This document shows positions 38,270-52,515 of a DNA stretch of 64,000 nucleotides, in pieces (within the stretch, counting starts at the first letter, position 1; each line of letters opens with the position of its first letter). Position numbers and translations under genes: made by a program. The DNA comes from Octopus sinensis (taxonomy: Eukaryota). The stretch lies in the NCBI RefSeq assembly GCF_006345805.1, contig NC_043003.1, positions 88,970,001 through 89,034,000 on the forward strand, written 5' to 3'. The notes beneath the pieces are model-generated. The model did not search any database. It was not told the DNA's origin and saw nothing but the letters and a program-made list of their open reading frames with translations.

Positions 38270-40410
38270 TCTATTTGCAATGGATGCATGAATGTAATTT
38301 GAGTCTAGGTATGGATTTTGCTATGAAATTGCAATGGAGATATTGATGATTTTGATTTTGCCTGGGATTATCCAAATGTGTCTGTTGCTTGTAAGATATA
38401 TTTCTTCTATTGTTCTTTTTCTTCAATTCAAATTGTTTGGATGCATTGTGACAAATCTTACACCATACTGATTGACCCAGACAATGACTTTCCCAAGATG
38501 TCAAATTAAGCTGAAGAGATTTTAGTTATTGCTTCAACTTATCCTTATACCTAAGGACAGGTCTTCCTTTGTCACAATATCTCTCCACTTGTTGACTACA
38601 CAGAAGAATTTTTCGAATGCGGTCATTTTTCATCTGAACAACATGTCCTACTCATCTGCACCAAATTCTCAGCAGCATGCTTTGGATACTGGAAATATCA
38701 CAATTTTCTAAGATTTTGACATTGGATATCTTATCTTGCCATTTTATGTAGCATATGTTGTGCAAACAGCACATGTGAAAGGTTTTGAGTTATTTTATAT
38801 GTCTGTAGTTGGGAGTCTATGCTTCTTCCCATAGAAAAGTGTGCTCAAAATACAAGATTTGTACTTACTTATTTTAGTTTTCCAACTGACATCATATTCA
38901 TCCCACAAATGATGGGAAAGTTTTCCAAAAGCACTTGTAGTTTTAGATATTCTAACTTTGATTCCATCATTGATAGTACTCTTAAAGTTTACTGTACTTT
39001 GAAGATATTTAAATGACCTAATCCATTTGAGTGGCATGTTGTCTATCATCACATTTGAGTCTTGAGTATGTCCTGCCACAGGCCTTGGTTGGAATCAGAC
39101 TTTCGTCTTCTTGATGCTGGTAGTCTTCTTTCGTCTTCTTGATGCTGCCACAGCAAACCTGTTGACTGAATTCCTTCAAATATGTGAGAAATCAAAGCAC
39201 AATCACCAGCAAACAGAAAATCATGCAAAATCTCTTCTTTGGTCGTTTTCTTTGATCTGAAACTTTTCTTTCAGATTTAATAAACCTCCTTCTGTGCAAA
39301 ACTGGATTTTTACACCATGGTAATCCCTGAAAGCATGTTGAAGGACCATTGAAAAGAATATGGAAAAAAGTGCATGGGCTAAAACACATCCCTGTTTGAT
39401 TCCAGTGACAAAAGAAAATGCTTCTAAACATTGACTACCAGATATCACTGTTGCCACCATTCCTTTATGTAAGGATGCTATTACCCTTATCATCTGATTA
39501 GGAAGTCCAGCTTTTGACAAAATTTTCCAGAGCACCTCATGATTCTCTGTATCAAAGACCTTGGCCAAGTTGACAAAGACCATGTACAAGTCAGTATTTT
39601 GTTCACATGCTTTCTCTTGTTGGAAGGCAAATATCATGTCAATAGTGCCTCTCCCAGCTTGAAATCTACATTAACCCAACAATTATTTTGAAAATAAATA
39701 TATTTTTTCAGACATATTTTTTATTAGTTTCAGTCAATACATGCTCTATAACTCTTTCATCTATATACAAAGAAAAAAATCAAAAGGACTCATTGTCACT
39801 GCCAGACATATAAAGTGAGCGAATATACTCGTATATGTCAAAAAAGAGTTTATAATAGACGAAGGAACTCGTTTGCTGTCGATTTTGGCGAGTCTATCTT
39901 TTGACGAGTTAACTCGCCAGAGATAGAAAAAAACGATTTCGGTCAAAACGCATATATTCGTTTCTGCCGGGTAAGGGGTTAAAAAATATATGCTGTTTAT
40001 TGCATGTCTATTGATGCAGTTAAGGATCACTCTTGCAAGAATTTTTCCAGCTATGCACAACAAGCTTATTCCCCTGTGATTATCACATACACTCTTATTC
40101 CCCCTTGCTTTTGAACAAGTACATTATAGATGCATCTTTGAACTGTTGAGGAACAGATCCAGTCTCCCAGATCAAACAGATAAATTTTTGCAACTTACTT
40201 GCAAGTTGTCTGCCACCGTGCTTGTAAACCTGTATGGGAATATCATATTGTCCAGGAGCTTTATCATTGAAAAGTTTTTTGAAAGCAGTACTTATCTCTT
40301 CCAAGTGGATTCTTGATTTAATACATCTCTTCAGAATTTCATCTTTGGTACTTAAGAGTTTTGTTCCATCGTTAGAGAGAATAGGTTCTGGACCAAATAC
40401 ACCCTTCAGA
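38270..40410 (-). mobile_element. Degraded RTE-BovB-like LINE (RT region)
   Basis: KAPG..DIP, FKDASI..LFK.KG, IAGKILAR, QEKACEQN.DLYMVFV, GIKQGCVLA, FKYL.S motifs. Confidence 0.85.
39675..39978. mobile_element. piggyBac-type MITE nested in the RTE
   Basis: TTAA-ccc...ggg-TTAA boundaries; internal gacgagttaactcg palindromic motif; interrupts RTE coding sequence. Confidence 0.7.
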
Positions 40411-40413
40411 TTG

Positions 40414-43400
40414 TGTTGTAGGGAATTAGTAATAATGGTACACCCCTCCAACATGACGAATGGAATAATCTAGTCACTATAAGTAAAGAGAGTACTATTA
40501 GGTGATCGGAGATAGTCGTGTCTTTACTAGTTTTACTAAGTATACTGTATACTAAAGTGGGTGTTATAACAATCCAATCTTATAAGGATTATAACAGTGG
40601 AGACAAGGATAAACCAATTCACATAGAGTTAATAGAAACTGGAAGAAGAGTTAATAAACTCACAAAGTTAGTGGACAAATTTTATGAAAAATTGTAAAAG
40701 CATGGAAAATTTGCTGGCAGGTTTGCTCAAGTTACAAAAACTGCAACAACAGAAGCAACAACAACAGCAGATAATATTACAGCAACAAATGCTGCAATTA
40801 CTGAAGTCATCAGGAAAATCAGAAAAAGTGTTCTTGACAGACTATGTCTCAAATTTCATAACAGAGATCAAATACAAATATGACGAAAGAGTTACCTTTG
40901 AAGTATACTACAGAAGATATAAGCAAATCTATGATAAAGAATGTAAAGATTGGGATAACGAGATGAAAATATGCTTAATCTTGAGAAAACTGGTGGAAAT
41001 AGAACATGAATGATACAGTAATTATGTACTCCCAAGAAAATCTTTGGACATAAACTTTAATGACACAATAGATATATCGTGTAAAATTTTCAGTGAAGAA
41101 AGCTCATTGTTCAATACATGGAAGTATTTGAACATAGAGAAAAACAAAAGCGAGGACTACATCAGATAGGCTGGTAGAGTAAAACAGGAAATGAAAGACA
41201 TTTAAACTGGATGAATTAACGCCATATATATTCATATGTCTGATTTTTACACAGGGACTAACTGCCAAAAAGGACGCAGAGGTTAGAACTAGAATTTTTG
41301 CAAAGATGGAACAAAACCAGGATGTAAAGTGTTAAAAGAATGTGAAAGGATAGTCAAATTAAGACATGACACTGAGGAAATTGAATGTAAGGATTGTTTC
41401 TAAGTAAAGCTGGTGCAAAATAGTCAGAATTGAGATGAAGTGTTTCCTAAGAAACACAACAAAAATCAGGAAACAAACCCATGTTTTGCATATGGAGGTA
41501 TACACCTGAGGAATTATTGTCCATTTAAAAATGCAGAGTACTTTTGTTGTGGAAATATAGGAGATATATACAAAGGTGACAAAACGTCAGAAGAAAGGAA
41601 AAAGAATGAATAGTATCTCATCGGAAGAAATTGTTAATATAACGATAAGGAAATTTGTGAAGGTGAAAATCAGAAATACAAATGTTAAAATGCAGTTGGA
41701 CACTGGTAGTGATATCACCATTATAAACAAAAAAACTTGGAAATATGTCAGTAAGTTGAAATTATTTCAATCGGAAAAGACAGCACATAGTGTTATGAGG
41801 AAAAGATTATATTTTTCAGTGAATTTGTATGAAATGTAACATTTCGAGGTCAAATGAAAAAGGCAAAGATATATGAGTGGATGGAACTATTCAAATTGTG
41901 GGATATGCCCCTAAGTTTTCTGTGTGGAAATATAGTTGGGTCAGTCAAAGGTTCAAATGAGGCTGAAGGACTGAAACAAAGAATTAAAAAATTATTTCCA
42001 GATGTTTTTTTGAGAGAACAGGGTTGTTCTACAAAAACAAAAGCTAAGATTGCTATAAAACAAAGTGCAACACCAGTCTTTAGGCTAAAACGAAATGAAC
42101 CTTTTGCAGCAAGAGACCAGGTTAACAAAGAAGTGGAAAGACTGGAAAGTCTTAGTATAACTGAAAAGACGGACCACTCAGACTAGTTTGTTAAAAAGAA
42201 GAATAACAAACTAAGAGTTTGTGTAGATCTTTCAACAGGGTTGAATGATTGTTTAGTTACACATAACTACCCATTGCCGAGGCCGGAGGAAGTGTTTGCG
42301 AAATTGAATGGAAGGAAATTCTTCTCAAAATTAGACATCTCAGCAGCATATCTACAAATTCAAGTAGAAGAAGAATGCTCACATTTATTAACAATTAACA
42401 CACACTGTAGCTTATTTAAATTTAAGTGGCTTCACTTCAGTGTAAAAGTGGCTCCTACCATATTTTAACAAGTAATAGATACAATGTTGAGTGATTGTGA
42501 TTTCGCTACTGCCTATCTGGACTATATTTTAATAAAGAGTGAATCACAGGAACAACACTTTGAACATGTTAAAAGAGTATTTGAGAAAATAAGTGAATAT
42601 GGGTTCAAGTTAACAGAGGAAAAAATGTAAGTTCTTGTTGAATGAAATCAAATACTTAGGACAAGTAATTGACAAAAACAGAAGAAAACTGGAACCATCA
42701 AGGGCAATGGCATTAAAAAATGTGCCCATACTGAAAAATGTAACTACATGCAGGTATTTTGGGGTTTAATAAGTCTAAATTCCAAACACACATAATGTAA
42801 GGGCTCCACTCAATGATCTGTTGAAAAAGAATACAAAATGGTGCTGGACAGATAAGTTCCAGAAGGCATTCAATGAATTGAAAAGTATTTTAACTTTGGA
42901 TCTATCATTGACACATTTTGATCCAAAAGTTGGAAACTGTACCTGACTACAGATGCAAGTGTGTACGGTGCAGGAGCTGAACTTCTGCATAAATATGATG
43001 ATGGCGTCAAGCTTGTTATTGCCATCTGAAAAGAATTATAGTCAGATAGGAAAAGAGGCGTTGGCAATCATATTTGGTGTTGAGATGTTCCATGGATTTA
43101 TCCATGGAAGACGTTTCTGTTAGCTAACAGACCATTGCCTGCTGCTGACAAAAAACAAATCCCAGTACACACAACAAATAGACTATAACGTTGTGGTACT
43201 ACATTATAAAATTATGACTACAGAATGGAGTATTTACCATTGAAAAAACTAGGGCATGCAGATAGATTTTCCAGACTGATACCAAAACACTACAAGCCAT
43301 TTGAAGATGCAGTAATCGCAGTTCTAAGAGCTGAAAGTGAAATAAAAAATGTAATGTGGAACATGGTACAAGAATTGCTGGTAACCCTAGATGATATAAA

Positions 43401-44150
43401 GCAGAATGAGGTAAAAGACAAGTTTATAAAGGAAACAAAAGAACACTGTAGTCAATAAAAGAAAATAGGAACAGGTTTGGTGCGAAACAAAAGCAAGCTG
43501 TGAACCCATACTCAATGTATGATGGCATACTGATGTATGCACAGAGAGTAGTGATACCGGAAACACTACTAAAGAAAATGTTGAGAAAATTCCATATCAG
43601 ACATCCTTGTATTTCAACGATGAGAGCTTTAATGCGCAGTTACGTTTACTGGCCAAAAATGGATAGAGAAATTGAAAATTTGGTGAAAGGCTGTAGAGAA
43701 AGTGCTCTAGCAGCAAAATTGCCCCCTCTAAAATGTGAACCTTGGCCAAAAGTAGATGTTCTGTAGTTGAGACTACAGATCAATTTTGCTGGTCCTTTAA
43801 ATGGTTCGTTCTATTAAGTGGTAGTTGATAGTTTTTCAAAGTGGCCTGAAATTTGCAAGTGTAAAAAACCAACCTCCTCGACTGTTTGCAAGATTTGGCA
43901 TCTCAAACAAGTGTCTAACATTGGAATGCAATTTGTGTCTAGCAAATTTAAAAAATTTTGTGAAGCGTTCACAGTAGAACATATAACTGTGGTGCCATAC
44001 CATCCTAGATCTAATGGACAGGCAGAATGATATCTTCAAAAGAGCCCTTATAAAATCAAATAAGGAAGTCACAGATGAGATAGCTGTACAACAGTTCTTA
44101 AGAGTATATCGTGTGACACCAAATCCAAGTACACCAGCGGAGCTGATGTT
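40414..44150 (+). mobile_element. Degenerate Ty3/Gypsy element C (K02A2.6/Mag-like), 3'-truncated
   Basis: Short LTR 40414-40596 (tgttgta...tataaca) + PBS-like tggagacaagg; gag remnant, protease LDTGS, RT FSKLD.S.AYLQ, RNase H TDAS, integrase VVDSFSKWPE and PYHPRSNGQAE; many stops. Confidence 0.9.
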
Positions 44151-44152
44151 TG

Positions 44153-45010
44153 TGTGGTGTATGCGAGTGATTCGAAATAAAGGCACCTACCTTCTCTTCG
44201 CTCAGATGGAGACCCTTCAGCGGTAACAGATCCTTCAACACAGTCCAACCTGAACGCTAGAAATAGCAGCTGCTTCTCCCAACCTTAACAACATGCTGAC
44301 GCCGTCTTACCCGCTTGGCGACCTGCCTCAAAAAGGCAGAATCCTGCCCTCCCTGCGAGCGCATCGCTGCTGCCCCTTCCGGTCAGCTCCCCAGCTGCTG
44401 ACATCATCCCACACGCCACCCTGATCTTAAAGATCACAATCTCTCTACTCCATGTCGTAGTCCACCATCCAACCAGGAGGGCGCCTTGCACGTCGAGATC
44501 TTCTCAAGCTGGGCACCTCGTTCTCCCCCTCTCCACAATCGTCGTCTGTCGAAGCGACAATCCTGCGAAGGTCCAAGATGTGTCGCGGTATTCCATCCAC
44601 GGAGACGTTGTTTCTGGAATTGACCGCCGTCACCGTTTCTCTGCTCCATTGAGACGTACAGCGTGCCTTTGGTGGCTTAACCCAGACTTCCTCCCCTTCT
44701 CTTCCTCGTAGCCCTTTGGCGCTTTACTTGGGTGCCTCCATTCATATTTAAATACAGCTCTCTGCGGCACAGATTCTTCAGCTTGTCCGGATCGGGGAGA
44801 CAAGTTGTACCAAAAAGCTGCTTCAAGCCGCGAAATGTGCCCTCTTTCCGTTATGGCCTTGACTGTCCGATGGTGCCTCTCTACGATCCCGTTACCACTC
44901 GGCCTATATGCTGCTCTGAACAAGTGATGCACCTTCCACCGGTCAAGCATATCCCTCAATGTTTCCAAACGAAACGCCACCCCGTTGTCCATCAGCAGTT
45001 CTTCCACGGG
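44153..45010 (-). mobile_element. Ty3/Gypsy element D fragment: integrase C-terminus + 3' LTR
   Basis: DNG.AF...AYRPSGNGIVERHHRTVK; purine-rich tract then LTR 44153-44413 with tgtgg...ccaca termini. Confidence 0.75.
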
Positions 45011-45324
45011 ACCTCTCTCTTTTCAAAAATGTCCTATTTTCCACCTCTTCATTACAACTTTGTACAAGACTTCACAGTCCTCTGACTGTGCTGTCTTCAA
45101 CTGTAACAGATAGAACAGGAAATATAAAAAAAAATTAATAAAAACAAAATCCAGGAACTTTTCAGCACTCCCTTGTACAAAAACTACTGAACTATATTCT
45201 CTGGAACTTGGTGCAGCTCCCCAGCTTACCGGTTTACAATCAAACTGTTCAACCCAGACCAGCATAGAAAGCTGATGTTAAATGATGATGATGAATATAA
45301 ATAATGAAAGCTGGAAAACAGCTT

Positions 45325-47730
45325 CATCATCATCATCATCATCATTGTCGTCATCGTCGTTTAACGTCCGTTTTCCATGCTGGCATGGGTTGGATGGTTC
45401 GACTGGGGTTTGGAAAGCCAGGAGGCTGTACCAGACTCTAGTCTGATCAGGCAGTGTTTCTACAGCTGGATGCCCTTCCTAATGCCAACCACTCTGAGTG
45501 TGTAGTGAGTGCTTTTTACGTGCCACCAGCACAGAAGCCAGTCGGGGTGAGGGGGCTGGCATCGACCACATTGGGATGGTGTCTTTTTACATGCCACCAT
45601 CACGAGGACCACAATTACAATTTCCACTTGATTGTGATTTGATTTCATTTGATATTGATGTACTTGGTTCAATAGGTCTCCTCAAGCATGGCATATTGCC
45701 CTATGATCCAAGGTACTTTTGAGTTGGCTGGTTATGCAACACTGGTGTAGATTACAACTGTGATCTCACTTTATTTGCCAGGTCTTCTCAGTCATAGCAT
45801 ACCTCCAGAGGTCTTGGTCTTTTGTCATTGCCTCCGTGAGGCTCAACATTTGAAGTTCATGCTTCACCACCTCATCCCATGTCTTCTTGGGTCTCCCTCT
45901 ACTCCGGATTCCTTCCACTGTTTGGGAGTGGCACTTCTTCACACAGCTCCCCTCATCCATCCATAGTACATGACCATACCAATGCAAACGTCTCTCTTGC
46001 ATGCTGCATCCAATGCTTCTTATGTTCAACATTTCTCTCAGGGCACTTACACTCTGTCGTGTATGCACACTGACATTACATATCCAGCGGATCATGCTAG
46101 CTTCATTTCTTTCAAGCCTATGCATGTCTTCAGCAGTCACAGCCTATGTTACACTGCCATGAAGCATGGCAGTTCACACACATGCATCATACAATCTACC
46201 TTTCACTCTGAGTGAGAGGCTCTTTGTCAACAGTAGAAGCTTTCTGAACTTTGCCCAGGCAATGCTCTCTTAGCATCTACCTCCATTATCGACTTGGTAG
46301 CGGAAGCTATCAACTGCTTCTAGTTTCTCCCCTGGCATGTGATGGCATCTATTTTCTGAGCATCTGTGAAGTTTATTGCCCCAGTGCATCTGCTGCACAC
46401 AAAAGCTATTTTCCCAGTTTATCTTCCTTTGATGTTACTTCACCTCTTATACATCCATAAGAGTATACACTGGGTACATCTTATGGAGTTTCTATCCATA
46501 CCTTTTCTACAGATTGATCCCTGAAGGGGTGAGTGATGTGTTCGCCTTCCTACTTACTAGAACTTTGGTCTTTGCAACATTGACTCTAAGGTCCTTTGAT
46601 TCTAAACCTTGCTTCCACACCTGGAATTTCTTCTCTAGTTCTGGTAGTGATTCTGCTATGAGAGCCAGGTCATCAGCAGAGAAGAGCTCCCAGGGGCAAC
46701 CTGTCTTGAATTTTTCTGTTATTGCCTGAAGGACTATGATGAATAAGAGGGGCCTGGTGGCTGATCCTTGGTGGACCCCTACTTCTACCTGGAATTCTTC
46801 ACTATACTCATTGCCACCCCTAACCTTACTAACAGCATCTCTGTATAGGGCCTGTACAGCCCTTATTAACCGTTCGTCAATCCCCAGTTTCCACATCACC
46901 CACCAGATAAGGGATCAGGGGATCCTGTCAAAGGCTTTCTCCAAATCCACAAAATCCAAGTAAAGGGGTTTATCTTTTATTAGGTATTTCTCCTGCAGTT
47001 GCTGTACCAGGAATATAGCATCAGTGGTGCTTCTACCTAGCACAAAACCGAACTGCATCTCATCTAAGCAGACTCTCTCCCTAATTAGTTGGGCTATGAT
47101 CTTGTCCATGACCATCACCTGATCCAACAGTTTAATACCCCTGTAGTTATTTCTTTCTAAAGCATCACCTTTACCCTTGTAGCAGATGACTATGGTGCTG
47201 CTACGCCAGTCATTGGGTATGACTCCATCATGAACTACCTGGTTTACAATGGGGGTGACTAGGCTGTAGCGCATACCACCAGATGTTTTAAGCATCTCAG
47301 CAGTGATTTCTGATGGGCTGGGGGGTTTTGCTTTATCTACCAGGGTGCTGTCTATTCAGATAACTGATCCTTCTGGTCAATATTTGGCAGGCTCTCCTCC
47401 TCCCATTCATTCAGCAGTCTTTCATAACGGCTTCTCCAAGCCTCTTTCTTTTCTGAATCATTAAAAGCAAGTGCACCATCATCCATGCTGACACATTTCT
47501 CTCCTGTGACATCACAATTTTCTCTCACACACTGTCTTGCTATCCAAAATACTTCAGTTCTTTGACCCGCACATCGCTAAACATTGGCAAACTTCTTTTC
47601 TGGAGTCTGTAGCTTCTCCTCCCTCTCATCAAATTTCTTGATGAGGATGTCCCTAAATCTCTAATCATGTCAAGGATTCTTTAGCTTTCAAATCCTTCTT
47701 TACTGGATTGGTCTGCTTCTTGGCATCCAG
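45325..47730 (-). mobile_element. RTE LINE, 3' ~2.4 kb, degraded
   Basis: YKGKGDALERNNYRGIKLL, FVDLEKAFDR, GVHQGS, ADDLALI, RLHWYGHV; (CAT)n tail. Confidence 0.92.
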
Positions 47731-47959
47731 TGAACTAAAATTTGAGGATCATAGGAAACCTTTTATACTAGTCTCCACAGATAACTCTTGAGGACTATAT
47801 GGGTGATTTTACTCTTCTATCTAATTAATATACCCTTCAAAGTTGGTTAGAAGTAAAATAATCAAAATAATATTGGACTAGGTTATACTAGATCTAAGCT
47901 AAAACTTAGCCTGTGGTCTACTATTATTGAAGTGATTGAGTAGTTTAGGAAAAATGATT

Positions 47960-48538
47960 GGTTTAGGAAAATACTAAAAAAGAACCATTGTAAATTTATC
48001 CAAGTAGATATACTCTAGCATTTCTCCAATATTGTTAAACAAGCCTCTTATATTTGCCTTGAAAATCTCTAAGGTATCTAGAAGGAAAGTCAACATAATT
48101 CTTACTAACTGATGGACATTTATAGATTTTGATGGTAAATTATGGACTAGAAGGTTGGGATACATATTTTGCATACACTAAATATGGATTTTCTGAATAT
48201 TATGGGTTTATGTAGGGAAGAAGCTCTTTTCTCTGTCTACAATAGTAGTAATGGGGAACTAGAACATTATAGAAAAAGAATTAGAAGATTTTTTAAGAAT
48301 AGAGGTTCATTCATCACTATTAACAATAATCATAAAGCAGCTAATTTTTAAGACGTGACACTTGAATTAGATAATGGAAGTCTCATCCATATCATAAGTC
48401 GAAAGAAAATTTAAATTATATAAACATCCAAAAGTAGTGATTGACTCAATAATGGATAATGTTTCTAATAGGATATTGATTTTATCTGCTCATGAGGAGC
48501 TATTCTAGTAATATGAGGTGCTAAGAAGGGTAAGGCAC
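47960..48538 (+). mobile_element. Penelope-like RT relic (left flank of Gypsy B)
   Basis: KFIQVDI, LWTRR, GLCREE (GLYRDD-like), F*DVTLELDNG remnants. Confidence 0.6.
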
Positions 48539-49094
48539 TGTAAGGAAATGTGAATATCTTCTCTGGACCTTTTGGAGGAGCGAGAAGCAATCACTTTCCG
48601 TTGCTTTAATATCCAGACTCTACCAGTCAAAGAAACACAAAATGCAGACGTAAAAAATAGATATACTTTATTGTTTTATGGTGAGAGATCAGTGGTATAT
48701 CTGATGTCCTTGGTTCTGGGTGCGCAAGGCTGAAAGTTAATTGATTGTAATATTTACAATGTTCAGCCGCTAAAAACAGAACGGGTCAAAAATGGCATCC
48801 GGAGGAAGAAGATGATGTTGTTTGCAACAATTCAGGTTAAAAGTCTTCGGCCAAAAGACTGCTGCTATCAAAACCGGAGAGAGAGCGAATTAAACGTCTG
48901 CTTCTATGAAAAGCCTGCCGCTGTCTGCCGGACGCTAATGGTCAACGCTTTATGCTCCCTTGCCTCTTTGTTAAGGCTCGCGCTCCCTTTGCCTAAATAA
49001 GCTAAGGCCACGTCAGCAAAATTCCCTCTTCCGGACTTCGTGTATTCGCGAGAGGGCGTTGCGCGCGCGCGCGCTGTTGTATAGGATCACTACA
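48539..49094 (-). repeat. 3' LTR of element B (556 bp)
   Basis: tgtaagg...tcactaca termini; adjacent PPT. Confidence 0.95.
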
Positions 49095-49096
49095 AA

Positions 49097-49106
49097 GCTC
49101 CCCTCC
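49097..49106 (-). promoter_or_regulatory. Polypurine tract of element B
   Basis: Minus strand GGAGGGGAGC two bases before the LTR TG. Confidence 0.8.
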
Positions 49107-49303
49107 AGTGCCTAAGCACGAACAACAATTCCTTGTAGTGACCATAAAACTCAAGGTGGACACCAGATAGCCAAAAATAGCACACAATATAATACATTAA
49201 ACAGCAAAAAAAAAATTCACCTTAAAGGTAAAAAGAGAAAAATACTCAAAATGAGCAAAGTTCAATGAGTATTGAACTGTCACTGGGAAGTCAATTGAAA
49301 ATG

Positions 49304-50386
49304 TCAAATATAAATAGTTTTGGAAAGTTTTTTCGGCCAGTGAACAGTTCTGCCTGACCTCGTAACATAAGGTCTGTTCGAGGCAGGCTGTGACGACGAA
49401 GGTGGTGTTGTCGATGTTGGTGTTGATAATGGTGCATGTGTAAATAGTGGTGTTGTCAAAGGTGCATGTGAAGGTTCAACGATGGTTGTGGCAGTGGGGT
49501 CATTAAAAGATGTGGACACCTCAAAATATGCCCTTTTAAGACGATCTACGGAGACGGTCTCCGAACGACCATTAATTTCAAGTTTGAATACCTTCGGCGT
49601 GCGAGAAATCACACGAAAAGGTCCTTTATAAGGAGAAACAAGAGGTCCTTTGACAGAATCATCACGAATAAAAACATGCGTCCAAGAATTAAGGTCTGAT
49701 GGCACACTAGAAGGAGGATTTTGGTGTCGAGGGTCCATAGGAGGAAGGGCAGAAAAATATCTGCGTAATCGAGCAACATAAGACTCTAAATTAAGAGACT
49801 GTGACTTGTCTGGCACCAACATCGTACCAGGCAATGCCAGTGTGGTACCATACAAGAGCTCGGCAGACGAAAAACCAAGGTCTGCTTTAATCGCAGTCCG
49901 ACATCCAAGCAGGACGATCGGTAGAAATTCAGTCCATGACTGTGGATTCGGCGAGGCACGCAAAGCGGCCTTAAGTTGCCTATGGAAACGCTCCACCATC
50001 CCATTAGAAGCGGGGTGGTAACTTGTGGTGCGTATATGATGCATCCTCAGGATTCGTGATAACTCACGAAACAATGCAGACTCGAATTGTCGACCACGAT
50101 CTGTGGTTAAACTGTACGGTACACCATACCTCGAAATCCAATTAGATACGAAAGCCCTTGCAACAGTTTCAGCTGACATGTCTACTATAGGAATAGCTTC
50201 CGGCCAGCGTGAAAAACGATCAATACAAGTTAAAATGTATGAGAACCCGCGACTCACAGGCCATGGTCCAACCAAATCAAGGTGGATATGGCGAAAACGG
50301 GCTTCAGTAGAGGAAAATTGTCCAAGTGGAGCACGAACGTGTCTATGGACTTTAGCACTCTGGCACCTCAAACAAGAGCGTGCCAA
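49304..50386 (-). pseudogene. pol: Integrase portion of pol, separated by an apparent 1-nt deletion
   Basis: Cxx[40 protein letters not shown]; expected SITSWARSC is split between two frames near 50383. Confidence 0.9.
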
Positions 50387-52515
50387 GAGGTAATTGATCG
50401 TCGCATATTGGGCCAGAAGAACCGAGCAGTAACAAGCTTTACTGTGGCAGAGATACCTGGATGTGACAGTGAATGAAGAGCATCAAACACAGAACGTTGA
50501 TGTTTCTCAGGTACTAATGGTCTAGGTGAACCGGTAGAAACGTCACAAAGAATAGAGCCTTCCGCTGTAGGGAGCGGAAGGTAGTCAAACTTACAGTTAA
50601 TAAACTTAGGCGAAGTTAAATCCAACTCCGCTAAAGGTGGTTGATCCTGCGAAATAGCAGTTAAATCAATTGCTGCAGGAGAGGAAATGGAATTGACAGG
50701 GAGTCTAGAGAGAGCATCTGCAGGGACGTTCTCACTGCCTGGCACATGCCTAATGTCACTTGTAAATTGAGAAATATAGTCCAGGTGACGGAAAGCACGA
50801 GGAGAGAGTTTATCCGTTTTAGAAGATAATGCAAAAGTAAGGGGCTTGTGATCAGTATAAATCACAAACTCTCGTCCCTCGAGCTGGTGTTGAAAATGCC
50901 GAACTGACAGATATATCGCTAGTAACTCTCGATCAAAGGTACTATATCTGCGTTCAGCTGGCTTTAGCTGACAAGAAAAGAAAGCTAAAGGTTTAACTTC
51001 ACCCTCTACGGTGTGCTGCAAAACAGCGCCAATTGCAGACTCTGATGCGTCCACAGATAAAGTAAGTGGAGCATTAGGAGCCGGATGTGCCAAAATAGGG
51101 ACTGAAGCTAGTTCCTTTTTAACCAACTCAAAGGCAGACAGTGCTTTTGCCGAAAGAGTAAGACGGGCGTCCTTCTTGGAATTGCCCTTTAGCATTTGTG
51201 TTAAAGGTAACAACTTGTCCGCACACCGATCTATGAAACGTCTATAGAAATTTACTATGCCTAAAAAATGGCGAAGTTGACGCAAAGAAGAAGGTGGTGC
51301 GATGCGCTGAATAGCATCGACTTTGGATGAGAGTGGTTTGATTCCTCTCGAGTCAATATAATGACCGAGAAAATTAAGAGATGGTTGCCCAAAAACACAC
51401 TTGTCTGGATTAATGCGAACACCATAGTCGCGAAGATGCTGAAAAAGCTGAGACAAGTGCAGGAGATGATTTTCATGCATATCACTTGCGATTAGAATGT
51501 CATCGACATACGCGAACACAAAATCAAGTCCACGAACAACTTCATCTATAAAACGTTGGAACGTACTAGTAGCGTTCCTCAAACCAAAACTCATAAATAA
51601 AAATTCGAAACAGCCAAAAGGAGTAGTAATTGCTGTTTTAGGAATATCGTCTGAGTTGACCGGTATTTGATGGTAGGCACGTATCAGGTCAACCTTAGAA
51701 AAAATAGTACAGCCATGTAAATTTGCCGAAAAATCGTTTAAAATCCTTATGGGATATTTGTCCGGAATCGTCACCGAATTTAGACGCCGATAATCTCCCA
51801 CCGGGCGAAAATCTGTATCCCCTTTTCTTACTAAATGAAGGGGAGATGCCCATGGACTGGTGGAGGGGCGTATCAGACCGAGCTGGAGCATATGCTCAAA
51901 CTCAGCCCTAGCAGTTTTAAGTCGATCAGGTGCAAGACGCCTTGGACGTGAAAAAACAGGAGGTCCAGTTGTTGTTATAAAGTGTCGTGTCGAATGCAAT
52001 GGCTTAGCCACCCTAAAGGTAACATCATATAGCTCTGGAAAAGAAGCTAAAAGAGAGTGAAAAACATCTCCAGATGTACCGACAAAAAATGTCGGGCTAA
52101 GAGCTAAATTGGTAGATTCTCCGGTCGGCGTGGAGAGTGTAGTCGAACTATCGACCAACCTCCGACGTCTGACATCTACCAACAAATCAAATTTATCCAG
52201 AAAATCCACACCTAAAATAGGATGCGGAATGTCGGCAATGACAAAAACCCATTGAAAGTCTTGTCGAAGACCAATGTCAAGGCGCAACGAGATCTGACCG
52301 AATGTGGCTATTGGTGACAAGTCAATAGCGTGCAAGATGACGTTAGATCGCTTTGGCCTGTCGGTTGTGCAACGCAGAGGCCAAATACTGCAACAAGAAC
52401 CAGTGTCCACCATGAAGTTTTTCTTCGACACTAGATCTTTAACAAAGAATGCACGATAACCAGAAAATGTTGTGGAGGAAGTTGACGTACTCAAATTCTC
52501 CGAATCTAGTTTAAA
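50368..52515 (-). CDS. pol: pol (protease, RT, RNase H) of element B
   Basis: 708-aa ORF with DTGS, YVDD, DAS...ELLA...TDH...ADALSR motifs; -1 frame relative to gag. Confidence 0.95.
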   Translation of the reverse strand, partial: FKLDSENLSTSTSSTTFSGYRAFFVKDLVSKKNFMVDTGSCCSIWPLRCTTDRPKRSNVILHAIDLSPIATFGQISLRLDIGLRQDFQWVFVIADIPHPILGVDFLDKFDLLVDVRRRRLVDSSTTLSTPTGESTNLALSPTFFVGTSGDVFHSLLASFPELYDVTFRVAKPLHSTRHFITTTGPPVFSRPRRLAPDRLKTARAEFEHMLQLGLIRPSTSPWASPLHLVRKGDTDFRPVGDYRRLNSVTIPDKYPIRILNDFSANLHGCTIFSKVDLIRAYHQIPVNSDDIPKTAITTPFGCFEFLFMSFGLRNATSTFQRFIDEVVRGLDFVFAYVDDILIASDMHENHLLHLSQLFQHLRDYGVRINPDKCVFGQPSLNFLGHYIDSRGIKPLSSKVDAIQRIAPPSSLRQLRHFLGIVNFYRRFIDRCADKLLPLTQMLKGNSKKDARLTLSAKALSAFELVKKELASVPILAHPAPNAPLTLSVDASESAIGAVLQHTVEGEVKPLAFFSCQLKPAERRYSTFDRELLAIYLSVRHFQHQLEGREFVIYTDHKPLTFALSSKTDKLSPRAFRHLDYISQFTSDIRHVPGSENVPADALSRLPVNSISSPAAIDLTAISQDQPPLAELDLTSPKFINCKFDYLPLPTAEGSILCDVSTGSPRPLVPEKHQRSVFDALHSLSHPGISATVKLVTARFFWPNMRRSITSWHALV

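Noticed and set aside
48812-49187. Short ORFs in the LTRs (also 53925-54143)
   Set aside because: Duplicated only because the LTRs are duplicated; no coding signature.
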